Positions 21,373 to 32,697 of a stretch of DNA of 64,000 nucleotides are shown here, piece after piece. The notes beneath the pieces were generated by a model. It saw only the letters and a program-made list of their open reading frames with translations, did no database searches and had not been told where the DNA came from. The first letter of the stretch is position 1. Every line of letters starts with the position of its first letter. A program made the translations under genes and the position numbers. This DNA is from Escherichia coli (lineage in GTDB: Bacteria; Pseudomonadota; Gammaproteobacteria; Enterobacterales; Enterobacteriaceae), in the NCBI RefSeq assembly GCF_051903065.1, contig NZ_CP178438.1; one strand, written 5' to 3'.

Positions 21373-21648
21373 GTGGCTTCTGTTTCTATCAGCTGTCCCT
21401 CCTGTTCAGCTACTGAAGGCGTGGTGCGTAACGGTAAAAGTACTGCCGGACATCAGCGCTATCTCTGCTCTCACTGCCGTAAAACATGGCAACTGCAGTT
21501 CACTTACACCGCTTCTCAACCCGGTACGCACCAGAAAATCATTGATATGGCCATGAATGGCGTTGGATGCCGGGCAACCGCCCGCATTATGAGCGTTGGC
21601 CTCAACACGATTTTCCGCCATTTAAAAAACTCAGGCCGCAGTCGGTAA
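21373..21648 (+). CDS. insA: IS1 InsA
   Basis: 91-aa ORF. Confidence 0.85.
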   Translation: MASVSISCPSCSATEGVVRNGKSTAGHQRYLCSHCRKTWQLQFTYTASQPGTHQKIIDMAMNGVGCRATARIMSVGLNTIFRHLKNSGRSR

Positions 21649-22070
21649 CCTCGCGCATACAGCCGGGCAGTGACGTCATCGTCTGCGCGGAAATGGACGA
21701 ACAGTGGGGCTATGTCGGGGCTAAATCGCGCCAGCGCTGGCTGTTTTACGCGTATGACAGGCTCCGGAAGACGGTTGTTGCGCACGTATTCGGTGAACGC
21801 ACTATGGCGACGCTGGGGCGTCTTATGAGCCTGCTGTCACCCTTTGACGTGGTGATATGGATGACGGATGGCTGGCCGCTGTATGAATCCCGCCTGAAGG
21901 GAAAGCTGCACGTAATCAGCAAGCGATATACGCAGCGAATTGAGCGGCATAACCTGAATCTGAGGCAGCACCTGGCACGGCTGGGACGGAAGTCGCTGTC
22001 GTTCTCAAAATCGGTGGAGCTGCATGACAAAGTCATCGGGCATTATCTGAACATAAAACACTATCAATAA
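21567..22070 (+). CDS. insB: IS1 InsB reading frame (expressed as InsAB' by -1 frameshift)
   Basis: 167-aa ORF overlapping insA. Confidence 0.8.
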   Translation: MPGNRPHYERWPQHDFPPFKKLRPQSVTSRIQPGSDVIVCAEMDEQWGYVGAKSRQRWLFYAYDRLRKTVVAHVFGERTMATLGRLMSLLSPFDVVIWMTDGWPLYESRLKGKLHVISKRYTQRIERHNLNLRQHLARLGRKSLSFSKSVELHDKVIGHYLNIKHYQ

Positions 22071-22100
22071 GTTGGAGTCATTACCTTGATATGGATTCGA

Positions 22101-22328
22101 TTAAAAATTTCGTCTAACTCGTTCCCTTATCAAACTTGCCAGCCTTACCCTTCCAGGTGAAATAGTTTCCGTTACAGTTTCAACTCTCAACAAATCACGC
22201 TGTCCGGTTCGGCGACTGACCGCGAAACGCTGACATATATCATTAACCGATACCGTATTACCGGTATACAGTTGAAGTAATATCCAGCACAGCCTTTCTG
22301 CGATCCTTTCACCGCGAGTTTTATACAT
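22101..22328 (-). CDS. Small HTH DNA-binding protein (75 aa)
   Basis: HTH-like VSVNDICQRFAVSRRTGQRDL; GAAGG RBS. Confidence 0.45.
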   Translation of the reverse strand: MYKTRGERIAERLCWILLQLYTGNTVSVNDICQRFAVSRRTGQRDLLRVETVTETISPGRVRLASLIRERVRRNF

Positions 22329-22629
22329 CTGTAAAACCTTCAGTTATCGTCAACGATGACATAGCCCACCTCAAAACCCACATAACTGACTGTATTCATG
22401 AACATTTATTACCGGTGTAATACTGTCGTTGGGGTAATGGATTAACCGTTATCACCCTGCTACAGGAGAATGCTCCATAGGGGGCAAAAACCACGAGGGA
22501 TCTGAGATCCCCCGTGTCTGCACTTGTTTATGCGAACAGCCAGGAAAAAGAGACATCATCTCCATGCTGTGATGCACGCCACATGCAGTAGATTACAAAG
22601 CCGCCCGCTTTCTTCCTGTTCATAACGGG

Positions 22630-23064
22630 TCAACAACTTTCCACAGTTACCGTTACCCGGTAAATCCCCATAGAGAGATACTCCATAAAATTACGCTCCC
22701 ACAGGGACCAGAGTTCATTCCTCTCTGCTGCCAGTGAAATATCCCCAATCAGATAATGGAATACATAATTCCCCGACCAGCAAAAATCAATTTCTTTTTC
22801 CAGCTCAGGGTAGACACGCCCCATATAACTAAAATCTGTGACATAATCAAAATACCATTCATTATTCTTACGGATAAACCGTATTTCAACGGGATGAAAG
22901 CCCCCGGATTCTGCACTGTAGTCCGGATCACGGAAATTAATAACCACTGCCTCAGTTATTTTTTGTAAAACCTGATTTGCCAGAAGAGTAGTAATATGCT
23001 GCTGAAATTCTTTAGTAACAGGCAGAGTTAATCCTGCCTGTTTTAAGGCATATTGGGTTTGCAT
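22630..23064 (-). CDS. Hypothetical protein, possibly DUF2787-like
   Basis: 144 aa; NFRDPDYSAESGGFHPVEI recalled as DUF2787-like; RBS present. Confidence 0.45.
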   Translation of the reverse strand: MQTQYALKQAGLTLPVTKEFQQHITTLLANQVLQKITEAVVINFRDPDYSAESGGFHPVEIRFIRKNNEWYFDYVTDFSYMGRVYPELEKEIDFCWSGNYVFHYLIGDISLAAERNELWSLWERNFMEYLSMGIYRVTVTVESC

Positions 23065-23136
23065 AATAAATTTTCCTTTAGAAAGTAAATAGCGGTGTGT
23101 GGTGATTTCTGGTTGTATAACAGTGCAGGAAATAAA

Positions 23137-23670
23137 TTAATCCTCTGTAATCTTTTCCTGGCTACTGATCGTATTAAGTTTATTCAACCGCTCCCTCCAG
23201 TCCGGGTATAATACATGAGTAAATAACTTCTCTGGATGTGCCTCCAGCAGACATATATCCGGGGAGCGTAAAACAGCAGCCAGAAAACCTGCATTGTTGG
23301 CGCTTGCCCCTTTGAATAGCGGCCTGAATACTCCGGATGAGAAGCCGGTAGCAGGTTGTGTTTCCAGAACGGTTGCAATCTTTGAAAGTGAGATCCAGTC
23401 CTTAGAGAACAACCCTCCACAGCCATTTGCCACCAGACGAAGATAAAGTTCATTGTCCACCTCTGATATCGCCAGTTGCCATGTCAGCATACCACTTGCC
23501 TTAGGACTGATTTTTTCTGCCTGGCCTGTTTCAATGAGCAACTGATAGTCTTTTACATCAGATAATGTTTGTTCATCTGCACTGAGATTTTCATGAATAA
23601 CCTCTGCCTCATTTTTAATCTCCTTCGAAACTGACTCAACATTATTTTTAACTAATTTTGATTTACTCAT
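23137..23670 (-). CDS. Hypothetical protein (177 aa)
   Basis: ORF with RBS. Confidence 0.45.
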   Translation of the reverse strand: MSKSKLVKNNVESVSKEIKNEAEVIHENLSADEQTLSDVKDYQLLIETGQAEKISPKASGMLTWQLAISEVDNELYLRLVANGCGGLFSKDWISLSKIATVLETQPATGFSSGVFRPLFKGASANNAGFLAAVLRSPDICLLEAHPEKLFTHVLYPDWRERLNKLNTISSQEKITED

Positions 23671-23695
23671 TTTGCGTTCCTGGTTTTGCTTGTGT

Positions 23696-24067
23696 TTAAT
23701 AGCGTGATTCGGCCATAGAAATTAATAAATCAATACCCTTCAGAGGGCAATCGGGGTGAAATAACAGATAAATACCGTTCCCGTTATCTTCCGTAACAGA
23801 AAGCATCAGGTAATAGTCATCTGTCAGACGGACTACAAATTCTGGATTTGCAATTAACTGATGAATCACATTTAATACCTGCGCTTTAATATCTTCAGGT
23901 ACATCATCGGGCTCGACATATATTAATGTCACCCCGACTTCATCCCAGAAACTCATTGCAGAGTATTCATCTTCAAATGGGAGTACCAGCTCTGTTTTCA
24001 ACAGACTCATTACTGACTCCGGAAGAGATAGTGATGGCAGACTTTGCCAGTTAGCGATAAACTTCAT
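23696..24067 (-). CDS. Hypothetical protein (123 aa)
   Basis: ORF with AAGGAT RBS. Confidence 0.45.
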   Translation of the reverse strand: MKFIANWQSLPSLSLPESVMSLLKTELVLPFEDEYSAMSFWDEVGVTLIYVEPDDVPEDIKAQVLNVIHQLIANPEFVVRLTDDYYLMLSVTEDNGNGIYLLFHPDCPLKGIDLLISMAESRY

Positions 24068-24163
24068 TGTTCAATCCTTATAAGTAAAAAACCCCGATAC
24101 AATTAACGTATCGGGGTTTTTATACATGCGCATAACTATTATTTACAGTTATTGGTTTTCTAT

Positions 24164-24406
24164 TTAAATTCTTTCATAATATCCACAGTCCATACAGATA
24201 AGAACTGGAGCATTATTCCTTTCACACTGTTCAAGGAATCCAAATAGTTTTTTAATAGCCTTAATAATTTCTTTCAGTATTTCAGGTAAAAACTCCAGGC
24301 TAATATACCCAGAGCGTTTATTATCGGTTATTGATGGCAGTTTTCCTGCTGAACTTATCAATGTATTACAACTGCCACACTGTGGGCATTTTAAATGCAT
24401 CCTCAT
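24164..24406 (-). CDS. Small zinc-ribbon protein (CPQCGSC ... CMDCG)
   Basis: 80 aa with two CxxC pairs. Confidence 0.45.
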   Translation of the reverse strand: MRMHLKCPQCGSCNTLISSAGKLPSITDNKRSGYISLEFLPEILKEIIKAIKKLFGFLEQCERNNAPVLICMDCGYYERI

Positions 24407-24436
24407 TCTCCATATTTATAGTTTGCTAAAAAGTAG

Positions 24437-25636
24437 TCACATCTGCTTCGTAGCCGCAGTATTCAGAAGCAGGTCAGTCACTCCCTGCCCTGTCTGACGC
24501 ATACGTTCCGGTGTTAATTTCGCGTAACGTTCTGTACTCTGAATACTGGCATGCGCCAGTTGGGCTTTAACGTCATACAGGCTGAATTGACCACTCGAAA
24601 CCAGTAAAGAGGCAACAGAATGACGTGTGGTGTGAAAACAGACTTCATTCTTGTCTATACCGCACTGTGCCAGTATTTTTTCATATGCCCATCGGGGTTC
24701 CGATATCGGTTTTCCATTATCCTTAATGGCGAACAGATACGGATTACTGCCAACTCGTGGGATAGCATCAATAATCGATAATGCGGCATCGCTTAGATAT
24801 ACCGTCCGACTGCGACCATTTTTTGTATAAGGAATGAACAGAGTACGATTGGCCCGGTCGATATGTTCATGCCTGACATTAAGCATTTCTGATTTGCGTG
24901 TACCGGTTAACAACAACATGGCTATCAATCCCCCGGCAGCTTTGTTGGGATATTGGGTAGCAGCGTCAAGAATGCGCCTGATCTCATCAGCATCAAAAAA
25001 GCGCGTCCGCTGATTATTCTCTTTCAGTAAAGGGATCTTATCGGCTTCATTCTTTTCCAGCACATCCTGTCGCAACGCATAACGCCCCATCGTTTTCAGA
25101 ATAGCAAGGGCTCTGTTACAGGTAGACGGCGCATATTGCTGCCCGTGAATACGCCCCTCCAGCATGTCAAACAGCACCTGTTGTATCTCTCTGGCCCTGA
25201 GATCGCAGTAACGTATCTTTCCCAGACGAGGTTCAATGTATTGCGTGAAACGCTGAACATCCTTATCCCAGGACTTTTTATGGCGCTTGATGAACGGAAC
25301 ATAGGTCTGGTGAAAAAACTCACTAAGCGTTGGCATCGCACGATAATTATCGCGCTCTGCCTTGGGGTCATTTCCAAGTGCAATCGCCTCCTTATGACGG
25401 CGAGCTATCTGGCGAGCTGTCCCCACATCAATTTCAGGGAATCTGCCAATACTGATACTTTTTTTGGTACCGTGGAATGTGTAGCGCAGGAGGAAACGTT
25501 TGTTACCCGTTCGACCTGAGAGACATTTGAGGCCAATAACTTCGGTATCAGATACCTCAAGCTCTGTAGATCGGGTATCTGTGTTTGCCGGAAGGGCTTT
25601 GATGGATGAATTGGTGAATCGGAAGGATTTTTGCAT
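24437..25636 (-). CDS. P4-type tyrosine integrase with N-terminal arm-binding domain
   Basis: R...HxxR...Y catalytic residues (HTTRHSVAS, TERYAKL); start at MQKSF after GAGGA. Confidence 0.85.
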   Translation of the reverse strand: MQKSFRFTNSSIKALPANTDTRSTELEVSDTEVIGLKCLSGRTGNKRFLLRYTFHGTKKSISIGRFPEIDVGTARQIARRHKEAIALGNDPKAERDNYRAMPTLSEFFHQTYVPFIKRHKKSWDKDVQRFTQYIEPRLGKIRYCDLRAREIQQVLFDMLEGRIHGQQYAPSTCNRALAILKTMGRYALRQDVLEKNEADKIPLLKENNQRTRFFDADEIRRILDAATQYPNKAAGGLIAMLLLTGTRKSEMLNVRHEHIDRANRTLFIPYTKNGRSRTVYLSDAALSIIDAIPRVGSNPYLFAIKDNGKPISEPRWAYEKILAQCGIDKNEVCFHTTRHSVASLLVSSGQFSLYDVKAQLAHASIQSTERYAKLTPERMRQTGQGVTDLLLNTAATKQM

Positions 25637-25716
25637 ATTTATCCTCATGTATCTGATTGATATCATGAAAATAATATATATCTGAAGGTGTTTTTATTAC
25701 GGGGCAGGATTGAAGA

Positions 25717-26457
25717 ATGGAAAAGCTATTAGACGCGTACAAACGGATATTGCAGGAAGTTAACGCCCAGTCATTTAACCTGAATGAGGATAAATACTCA
25801 GGCGTATTTTTACCCGTACCCTTTGAAGAATACTGGCATTCACCGGTAAAAATCATGCTGGTTGGACGTGAAACCGCAGGCTGGAATACGCTGAATGGTA
25901 AGAATACGATATCACGGGTGTTGGGACTTATACCTGACGTTACCATCGGGCAAGTGGTTGAAGAAGCTGTAGATCGTTACAGGAAACATCTTCCGGTACA
26001 AAATTATGGCACCGCCAACCTCAAATCACGTAGCCGCTTCACGCAATATCATTTCAGGCTGGCCCGGGAGCTTAATATCCCTCCTCAGGCTATCGTGTAT
26101 GCCAATCTACTGGCGTGGGATTACGACGGACTGACCCCTCTCAATCGCCCTCAAAATGAAGTGCAGGAAGTTATATTAGCCTCGCTGAAGCTGCTGGCGG
26201 TACAAATTAAACACCTTGAGCCTGATTTCATGATCTTTGCATCCGGAGCCCGGAGAACAGACTACATCATTAAACAGGTGCTTACTGAGCTGGGCGGTTA
26301 TGAGACTTCTTCAGTCATTCCGGGGAAGCTGTGGGAGTTCAAAACAGGTAATACAATCTGTTTCAGAATTGCCCATCCAAGGGCTATGCGCGGACACCAG
26401 AAGTACAGAGATGAGGTGATTGCACGAATTAAGCAACTTTGTACTAAGGGCGGCTAG
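25717..26457 (+). CDS. Hypothetical protein; weak resemblance to uracil-DNA glycosylase superfamily motifs
   Basis: 246-aa ORF; VGRETAGW and AHPRAM segments loosely resemble UDG motifs A/B. Confidence 0.4.
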   Translation: MEKLLDAYKRILQEVNAQSFNLNEDKYSGVFLPVPFEEYWHSPVKIMLVGRETAGWNTLNGKNTISRVLGLIPDVTIGQVVEEAVDRYRKHLPVQNYGTANLKSRSRFTQYHFRLARELNIPPQAIVYANLLAWDYDGLTPLNRPQNEVQEVILASLKLLAVQIKHLEPDFMIFASGARRTDYIIKQVLTELGGYETSSVIPGKLWEFKTGNTICFRIAHPRAMRGHQKYRDEVIARIKQLCTKGG

Positions 26458-26633
26458 AGCATTACAACTTGCTCAGCAGGCCCCCCTTCCCGGAAGAGTA
26501 CCGGAAAACAGGCAAAGCGGCCTGGTTCTCTATGCTGGAGGCGACACGTTCAATTCGGCATTGCCAGGCTGTAGATTGCAGCTCATTGCACCCCGTGCGC
26601 ACAGGATATGCACAGGGCGTGAATTGCATGCAC

Positions 26634-26657
26634 AAAAAAACCACCCGAAGGTGGTTT
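26634..26657 (-). terminator. Rho-independent terminator of the glyW-cysT-leuZ operon
   Basis: ccacccgaaggtgg hairpin followed by T-run on minus strand. Confidence 0.6.
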
Positions 26658-26698
26658 CACGACACTGCTTATTGCTTTGATTATTCTGATGTTTCCCA

Positions 26699-26785
26699 TG
26701 GTACCCGGAGCGGGACTTGAACCCGCACAGCGCGAACGCCGAGGGATTTTAAATCCCTTGTGTCTACCGATTCCACCATCCGGGC
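26699..26785 (-). tRNA. leuZ: tRNA-Leu (anticodon UAA)
   Basis: 87-nt match to recalled E. coli leuZ, CCA end encoded. Confidence 0.9.
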
Positions 26786-26797
26786 TCGGGAAGAAAG

Positions 26798-26871
26798 TGG
26801 AGGCGCGTTCCGGAGTCGAACCGGACTAGACGGATTTGCAATCCGCTACATAACCGCTTTGTTAACGCGCC
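26798..26871 (-). tRNA. cysT: tRNA-Cys (GCA)
   Basis: 74-nt match to recalled cysT. Confidence 0.9.
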
Positions 26872-26924
26872 AAATTCTTCAGGCCTTTCAGCCAGACATC
26901 CGCTGACGCCGATGTCTTTTAAAC

Positions 26925-27000
<76 letters not shown>

Positions 27001-27151
27001 ATTCATCAAGCAATCAGTTAATCACTTGATTTTATTATCGTCTGGCAATCAGTGCCGCCGTTCGATGCGTTGCATTCTACTTACCTGGCGCGATGAGTCA
27101 ACGATATTTTTCACCACTTTTGATCGTTTGCTGAAAATTGCGCCGAAACGA

Positions 27152-27700
27152 TCACTGATCAAGCAAATCTGCACGCGCAGCGCTCAAATATTGCAACATT
27201 GACCACAGAGTCAGTACCGCAGCCACAAAGAAAAGTGCAATACCGGCGTACTCAACCCAAATGTTCGGACGCCACAGCAGCCATGCCAACGCCACCATCT
27301 GGGCAGTGGTTTTCACTTTCCCAATCCAGGAGACAGCCACGCTACTGCGTTTACCCAACTCCGCCATCCATTCGCGTAGCGCAGAAATAATAATTTCACG
27401 GGCGATCATCGTTGCCGCCGGTAAGGTCACCCACCAGCTGTGGTAATGCTCGGTTACCAGCACCATGGCGATAGCCACGAGAACTTTATCTGCTACAGGG
27501 TCAAGGAAAGCACCAAACCGGGTACTCTGGTTCCAGCGGCGTGCCAGAAAACCATCGAACCAGTCAGTCACCGCCGCGACGCAGAAAATGAGCGCGGCGG
27601 CAAACGGCGACCAGGTGACAGGCAGATAAAAGACCAATACAAAGAATGGGATAAGGATGACACGGAACAGTGTAAGCAACGTAGGGATATTAAATTGCAT
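27152..27700 (-). CDS. pgsA: CDP-diacylglycerol--glycerol-3-phosphate 3-phosphatidyltransferase
   Basis: 182 aa, recognised sequence. Confidence 0.95.
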
Positions 27701-27756
27701 AATGACGGGTAACTATCTGTTGTCAGTAAGATTACCCCTATGTTGCTACAGAGACA

Positions 27757-29589
27757 TCAATGTTTCAACGACCAGAAGATCTTTTCTGCCAGACCTTGCG
27801 AAATACCCGGCACTTTTGCAATTTCCTCAACGCTGGCGTTACGTAAACCTTGCAAACCGCCCATATATTTCAACAACATTTGCCGACGTTTTGGCCCGAC
27901 GCCTTCAATGGTTTCCAGGGAACTGGTATTTTTGACCTTCGCCCGTTTCTTACGGTGCCCACCAATCGCGTGATCGTGAGATTCATCGCGAATATGCTGG
28001 ATAACATGCAGCGCGGGAGAATCTGGCGGCAAACTGAATCCCTCACCTTCCGGCTCAAAGAACAGCGTTTCCAGCCCAGCCTTACGATCTGCTCCTTTGG
28101 CAACGCCAAGTAGCAGCGGATGATTTTTATCCCATGAGACATCCAGTTCGGCGAAGACATTTTTCGCCTGCGCAAGCTGGCCTTTGCCGCCGTCGATAAG
28201 TATCACATCCGGGATCTTACTGTCGTCGATGGCTTTACCATAACGCCGACGCAGCACCTGATTCATCGCCGCATAATCATCGCCCGGCGTGATGCCTGTA
28301 ATGTTATAGCGCCGATACTCCGCACGCAGCGGGCCGTTAGCATCAAACACCACACAGGAAGCGACGGTTTGTTCACCCATGGTATGGCTGATGTCAAAGC
28401 ACTCCATCCGCTTCACTTCCGGCAATTTCAACACGCTGGCAAGCGCGGTCAGTCGCTGGTGAACGGTAGATTGCTGCGAAAGTTTGCTGGTTAAGGCCGT
28501 CGCCGCATTGGTGCGCGCGAGTTTCAGATAACGCGCCCTATCGCCGCGAGGTTTGGTTTGAACATTAATCTTGCGTCCCGCCAGTTCTGAAAGGGAATCG
28601 GCGAGCAGCGTTTTATCGCTAAGATTAAAATCGAGCAGGATCTCACCCGGTAAGGTGCGCATCTGGCTGCCTTGTAAATAGAACTGTCCTACGAAGGTTT
28701 CCACCACCTCGCTCAGTTCCGTACCGCCAGGCACTTTCGGGAAATAGCTGCGGCTGCCAAGCACTTTGCCCTGACGAATGAACAATACGTGGACACAAGC
28801 CATGCCCGCATCGAACGCCACACCAATAACGTCAAGGTCGTCGCCGGTATTGGAAACAAACTGTTTTTCGGTGACGCGTCGCACCGCCTGAATTTGGTCG
28901 CGAATACGTGCCGCTTCTTCAAACTCCAGATTGTGACTGGCAGTTTCCATACGGCTAATCAGTTGCGTAAGCACCTGATCATCTTTGCCAGACAAAAACA
29001 GGCGCACATACTCGACCTGCTGAGCGTATTCTTCTTCACTAACCAGTCCTTCAACGCACGGTCCCAGACAGCGCCCTATCTGATATTGCAGACATGGACG
29101 CGAGCGATTGCGATAAACACTATTTTCGCACTGGCGAATGGGGAAAATCTTTTGCAGTAGCGCCAGTGTTTCACGTACGGCATAGCCATTCGGGAACGGG
29201 CCGAAATATTCACCTTTGGCATGCTTCGCACCACGATGCATCGCCAGACGCGGGTGGGTATCGCCACTCAGGAAGATAAAAGGATATGATTTATCATCGC
29301 GTAGCAAAACATTGTAACGCGGCTGATAGAGTTTGATGTAGTTGTGTTCCAGCAACAGCGCTTCGGTTTCTGTATGAGTAACCGTTACATCAATTTGCTG
29401 GATCTGGGCGACCAGCGCTTCGGTTTTGCGCGAAGCGAGGTTGCTACGGAAATAGCTGGAAAGCCGTTTTTTCAGGTCTTTCGCTTTGCCGACATAGATA
29501 ACCGTACCACCAGCATCGTACATGCGATAAACGCCAGGCTGGCTGGTTACGGTTTTTAAAAACGCTTTTGCGTCAAACTGATCACTCAC
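27757..29589 (-). CDS. uvrC: Excinuclease ABC subunit C
   Basis: 610 aa, recognised. Confidence 0.95.
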   Translation of the reverse strand: MSDQFDAKAFLKTVTSQPGVYRMYDAGGTVIYVGKAKDLKKRLSSYFRSNLASRKTEALVAQIQQIDVTVTHTETEALLLEHNYIKLYQPRYNVLLRDDKSYPFIFLSGDTHPRLAMHRGAKHAKGEYFGPFPNGYAVRETLALLQKIFPIRQCENSVYRNRSRPCLQYQIGRCLGPCVEGLVSEEEYAQQVEYVRLFLSGKDDQVLTQLISRMETASHNLEFEEAARIRDQIQAVRRVTEKQFVSNTGDDLDVIGVAFDAGMACVHVLFIRQGKVLGSRSYFPKVPGGTELSEVVETFVGQFYLQGSQMRTLPGEILLDFNLSDKTLLADSLSELAGRKINVQTKPRGDRARYLKLARTNAATALTSKLSQQSTVHQRLTALASVLKLPEVKRMECFDISHTMGEQTVASCVVFDANGPLRAEYRRYNITGITPGDDYAAMNQVLRRRYGKAIDDSKIPDVILIDGGKGQLAQAKNVFAELDVSWDKNHPLLLGVAKGADRKAGLETLFFEPEGEGFSLPPDSPALHVIQHIRDESHDHAIGGHRKKRAKVKNTSSLETIEGVGPKRRQMLLKYMGGLQGLRNASVEEIAKVPGISQGLAEKIFWSLKH

Positions 29590-30242
29590 TGACTTGATAA
29601 TGTCTCCGCATTACACAGACCATGGCGAATTGCCAGGTGAGTCAGCTCAACATCGCCATGAATGTTTAGTTTACTGAACATACGATAGCGGTAGCTGTTC
29701 ACCGTTTTCGGACTGAGATTGAGCTGTTCTGAGATCTCATTGACCTTCTGGCCCTTCGTGATCATCAGCATAATCTGCAATTCACGTTCAGACAAACTGG
29801 CAAATGGGCTTTCTGTTTTTTCTGGTTCGATCTGGCTTAACGCCATTTGTTGAGCGATATCAGAAGCAATGTAACGCTGCCCTGAATAGACAGAACGGAT
29901 CGCACTCACGACTTCCTGCGGAGCCGCGCCTTTGCTGAGGTAGCCCGCAGCACCGGCCTGCATGACTTTCGCTGGTAAAGGGTTTTCTGTATGGACGGTA
30001 AGCATGATGATTTTTACATCAGCTGTGGAACGCGCGATTTTACGCGTCGCCTCAAGACCGCCAATGCCCGGCATACTCATGTCCATTAGCACCACGTCAA
30101 CGGCATTTGCCCGGCACCACTTAACGGCGTCTTCACCGCACGATGCCTCACCGACGACTTTTATACCCTTTATATCTTCCAGAATGCGTCGTATCCCTGC
30201 GCGCACCAGTTCGTGGTCATCAACAAGTAGAACGTTGATCAA
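29586..30242 (-). CDS. uvrY: Response regulator UvrY (BarA/UvrY)
   Basis: 218 aa, receiver plus LuxR HTH. Confidence 0.95.
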   Translation of the reverse strand: MINVLLVDDHELVRAGIRRILEDIKGIKVVGEASCGEDAVKWCRANAVDVVLMDMSMPGIGGLEATRKIARSTADVKIIMLTVHTENPLPAKVMQAGAAGYLSKGAAPQEVVSAIRSVYSGQRYIASDIAQQMALSQIEPEKTESPFASLSERELQIMLMITKGQKVNEISEQLNLSPKTVNSYRYRMFSKLNIHGDVELTHLAIRHGLCNAETLSSQ

Positions 30243-30700
30243 AGGAATATCTCCAGAAATAGGGATAACGCTACTGATAGTTAGTCATTCGTATATTAGC
30301 GGTTTTTATTGCAACTTTGAAACGTTAAAAATGGTGGGTATTCGATTTTTCTCTCGTTTTTGTAAATTCGATTGTCCACAGTTATGGTCACGCCCGTCAC
30401 CAACGGCTTCCGGGATCGTTTCACAGTAAGCCCTGCGATGAAATGTGACAAAAATTGACTTTATTCAGCAAAAATGAAAATCAGCCCGCTGAATATGTAA
30501 CATTAATTAACCCGAACAATACGGGCAAAAAACATTCATGATAAAAATATTTATTGGTCATTATATTAACGCATTTAATAGCACCGTTGACGACACGCTC
30601 AAAAAACAACCACTGCTATTTTTAGCAAAGCTTATGGTATACTCCGCCGCCTTAACATTTTTCACCGCAAATTTTCATTGCAACATGACGAGGAAAATAA

Positions 30701-30925
30701 ATGAGTACGCCTGATTTTTCTACTGCCGAGAATAATCAAGAACTGGCAAATGAAGTCTCCTGCCTGAAAGCGATGCTGACGCTGATGCTGCAGGCGATGG
30801 GACAAGCTGACGCGGGCCGCGTGATGTTAAAGATGGAAAAACAGCTTGCGCTGATCGAAGACGAAACCCAGGCTGCAGTATTTTCCAAAACGGTTAAGCA
30901 AATTAAACAAGCCTACCGTCAGTAA
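30701..30925 (+). CDS. yecF: Uncharacterised protein YecF
   Basis: 74 aa, conserved position. Confidence 0.85.
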
Positions 30926-30928
30926 TAT

Positions 30929-30965
30929 AAAACCGGCTGATAGCGTGCCTTTCAGCCGGTTTTTG
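30929..30965. terminator. Bidirectional hairpin between yecF and sdiA
   Basis: aaaccggctga...tcagccggtttt. Confidence 0.5.
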
Positions 30966-30992
30966 CATCTGGCACGCAGGACAGAAAAGAGA

Positions 30993-31715
30993 TCAAATTA
31001 AGCCAGTAGCGGCCGCGTAACAGGCAACCTGGGTCTTATTTGGTGCATTAATTTTTTTCTGCATGTTTTTCTGGTGGAAATTGACCGTATTCTCAGAGAT
31101 TGACAAAATCATCGCTATCTCTGCTGATGTCTTCCCTTCCGCCGTCCACCTCAGAATTTCTTTTTCGCGCTTGCTGAAATTCATCTCTGGCGTCATCACT
31201 ATTTCATCATTTAAACGCATCAGAGCCATCAGACTTTCGCGCACCAGTAACTGCATTTTTAATTGCAGTTCATCACTAAGAATGGGTATTTCGCGCGCGC
31301 TGCAACGGGAAAAGGACAAAAAGCCCAGCGCCCGGTTTGGCAGCATTAAATACTGAGTGACACCGCGGCGTAAACCATGTGCGCGCGCGGCTTCCCATAA
31401 CGGCTGTGCTTCGCTGAATAAGTCATCATTCCACATTAAATGGCCCTGACTAAAGTTTTCAGGGTTCAGCACCGGATCAATTGCGAGAAAGTTTTTTGCC
31501 TGATAATAACTAACCCACGCCTCAGGGTAATTGGTGTAAAAAGCCACTTTAGGTCGCGTGAATGGTACCGGGTGGCGAACACATAACGAATAGTAATCGT
31601 ACTCCAGCAGCTGAGCCTGAAGCTCTATTTCATGGTAGACCTCTTCTGCGGCCTCCATCCTCTGAAAACGCAACAGCATCGTGCGACGCCAGCTGAAAAA
31701 ATCCGTATCCTGCAT
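30993..31715 (-). CDS. sdiA: LuxR-type quorum-sensing regulator SdiA
   Basis: 240 aa starting MQDTDFF. Confidence 0.95.
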   Translation of the reverse strand: MQDTDFFSWRRTMLLRFQRMEAAEEVYHEIELQAQLLEYDYYSLCVRHPVPFTRPKVAFYTNYPEAWVSYYQAKNFLAIDPVLNPENFSQGHLMWNDDLFSEAQPLWEAARAHGLRRGVTQYLMLPNRALGFLSFSRCSAREIPILSDELQLKMQLLVRESLMALMRLNDEIVMTPEMNFSKREKEILRWTAEGKTSAEIAMILSISENTVNFHQKNMQKKINAPNKTQVACYAAATGLI

Positions 31716-31944
31716 AGTAAACCGCAACGCCCCTGAGAGTGAGTATCATTTATAATGATAATTCAAACTATCACATAAATAAGATTTATATATAATTTAT
31801 ATTATTCAGGCAATGAATTACTTTTGCAAGCCATCACATTCTCTTATGTTATTAATGAGTTATGCTGATTTGTTAAGCAGTTTTATCAGGCTTGAAATGG
31901 CGTTCCGCCCCGACTGTCGAATCGTCGGGGCTGATTTTTTCTTA

Positions 31945-32697
31945 TTATTGCAGCAGAAACTTCTCGAGGAACTGGCGGGTGCGAGGCTGCTTGGGATCGG
32001 CAAATAACGCTTTTGCGGCCCCCTGCTCGACTATCCGCCCCTGGTCCATAAAAATCGCCCGGTCCGCAACATCCCGGGCAAAGCTCATTTCGTGTGTCAC
32101 AATCACCATCGTGCGCTTTTCCTGCGCCAGCTGACGGATGGTGTTCAGGACTTCGCCCACCAGCTCTGGATCCAGCGCTGACGTTGGCTCGTCAAACAAA
32201 ATCACCTCAGGACGCATTGCCAGCGCACGCGCAATCGCAACACGCTGCTGTTGACCGCCAGACAAACGACGTGGATAGCTGGTTTCTTTACCTGCCAGCC
32301 CAACTTTTGCCAGCAGCTCGCGAGCGCGCGCCGTGGCCTCTTCTTTCGGTTCGCCTTTGACGATCACCGGCCCTTCAATAATGTTTTCCAGCACCGTACG
32401 ATGCGGAAACAAATTAAAGTTCTGGAAGACAAACCCGACGTGCTGACGCAACTGGCGAATCAGCGATTTTTGCTGACTTAATGAACGTGCAGTATCAATA
32501 GTGATATCGCCAACGGTGATCGTTCCCGCTTCGGGTTGTTCCAGCAGATTTATGCTGCGTAGCAACGTGGTTTTGCCGGAACCACTCGGACCGATAATTG
32601 CCACCACTTCGCCAGGCTTTACCTCGAGGTCGATACCGTGCAGCACCGTCTGACCGTGAAATTTTTTCACCAGGTTCTTAACTTCAATGGCACTCAT
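31945..32697 (-). CDS. tcyN: Cystine ABC transporter ATP-binding protein
   Basis: 250 aa, Walker A GPSGSGKTT. Confidence 0.9.
   Translation of the reverse strand: MSAIEVKNLVKKFHGQTVLHGIDLEVKPGEVVAIIGPSGSGKTTLLRSINLLEQPEAGTITVGDITIDTARSLSQQKSLIRQLRQHVGFVFQNFNLFPHRTVLENIIEGPVIVKGEPKEEATARARELLAKVGLAGKETSYPRRLSGGQQQRVAIARALAMRPEVILFDEPTSALDPELVGEVLNTIRQLAQEKRTMVIVTHEMSFARDVADRAIFMDQGRIVEQGAAKALFADPKQPRTRQFLEKFLLQ

Larger units (their letters stand above)
21318..22085 (+). mobile_element. Complete IS1 (768 bp) with 9-bp target-site duplication ttgatatgg (21309..21317 and 22086..22094)
   Basis: Canonical IS1 ends, insA and insB ORFs, identical flanking 9-mers. Confidence 0.9.

Noticed and set aside
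26462-26720. Small ORFs (60-86 aa) between the island edge and leuZ
   Set aside because: They overlap the tRNA operon terminator and the tRNA itself; no RBS or coding signal.
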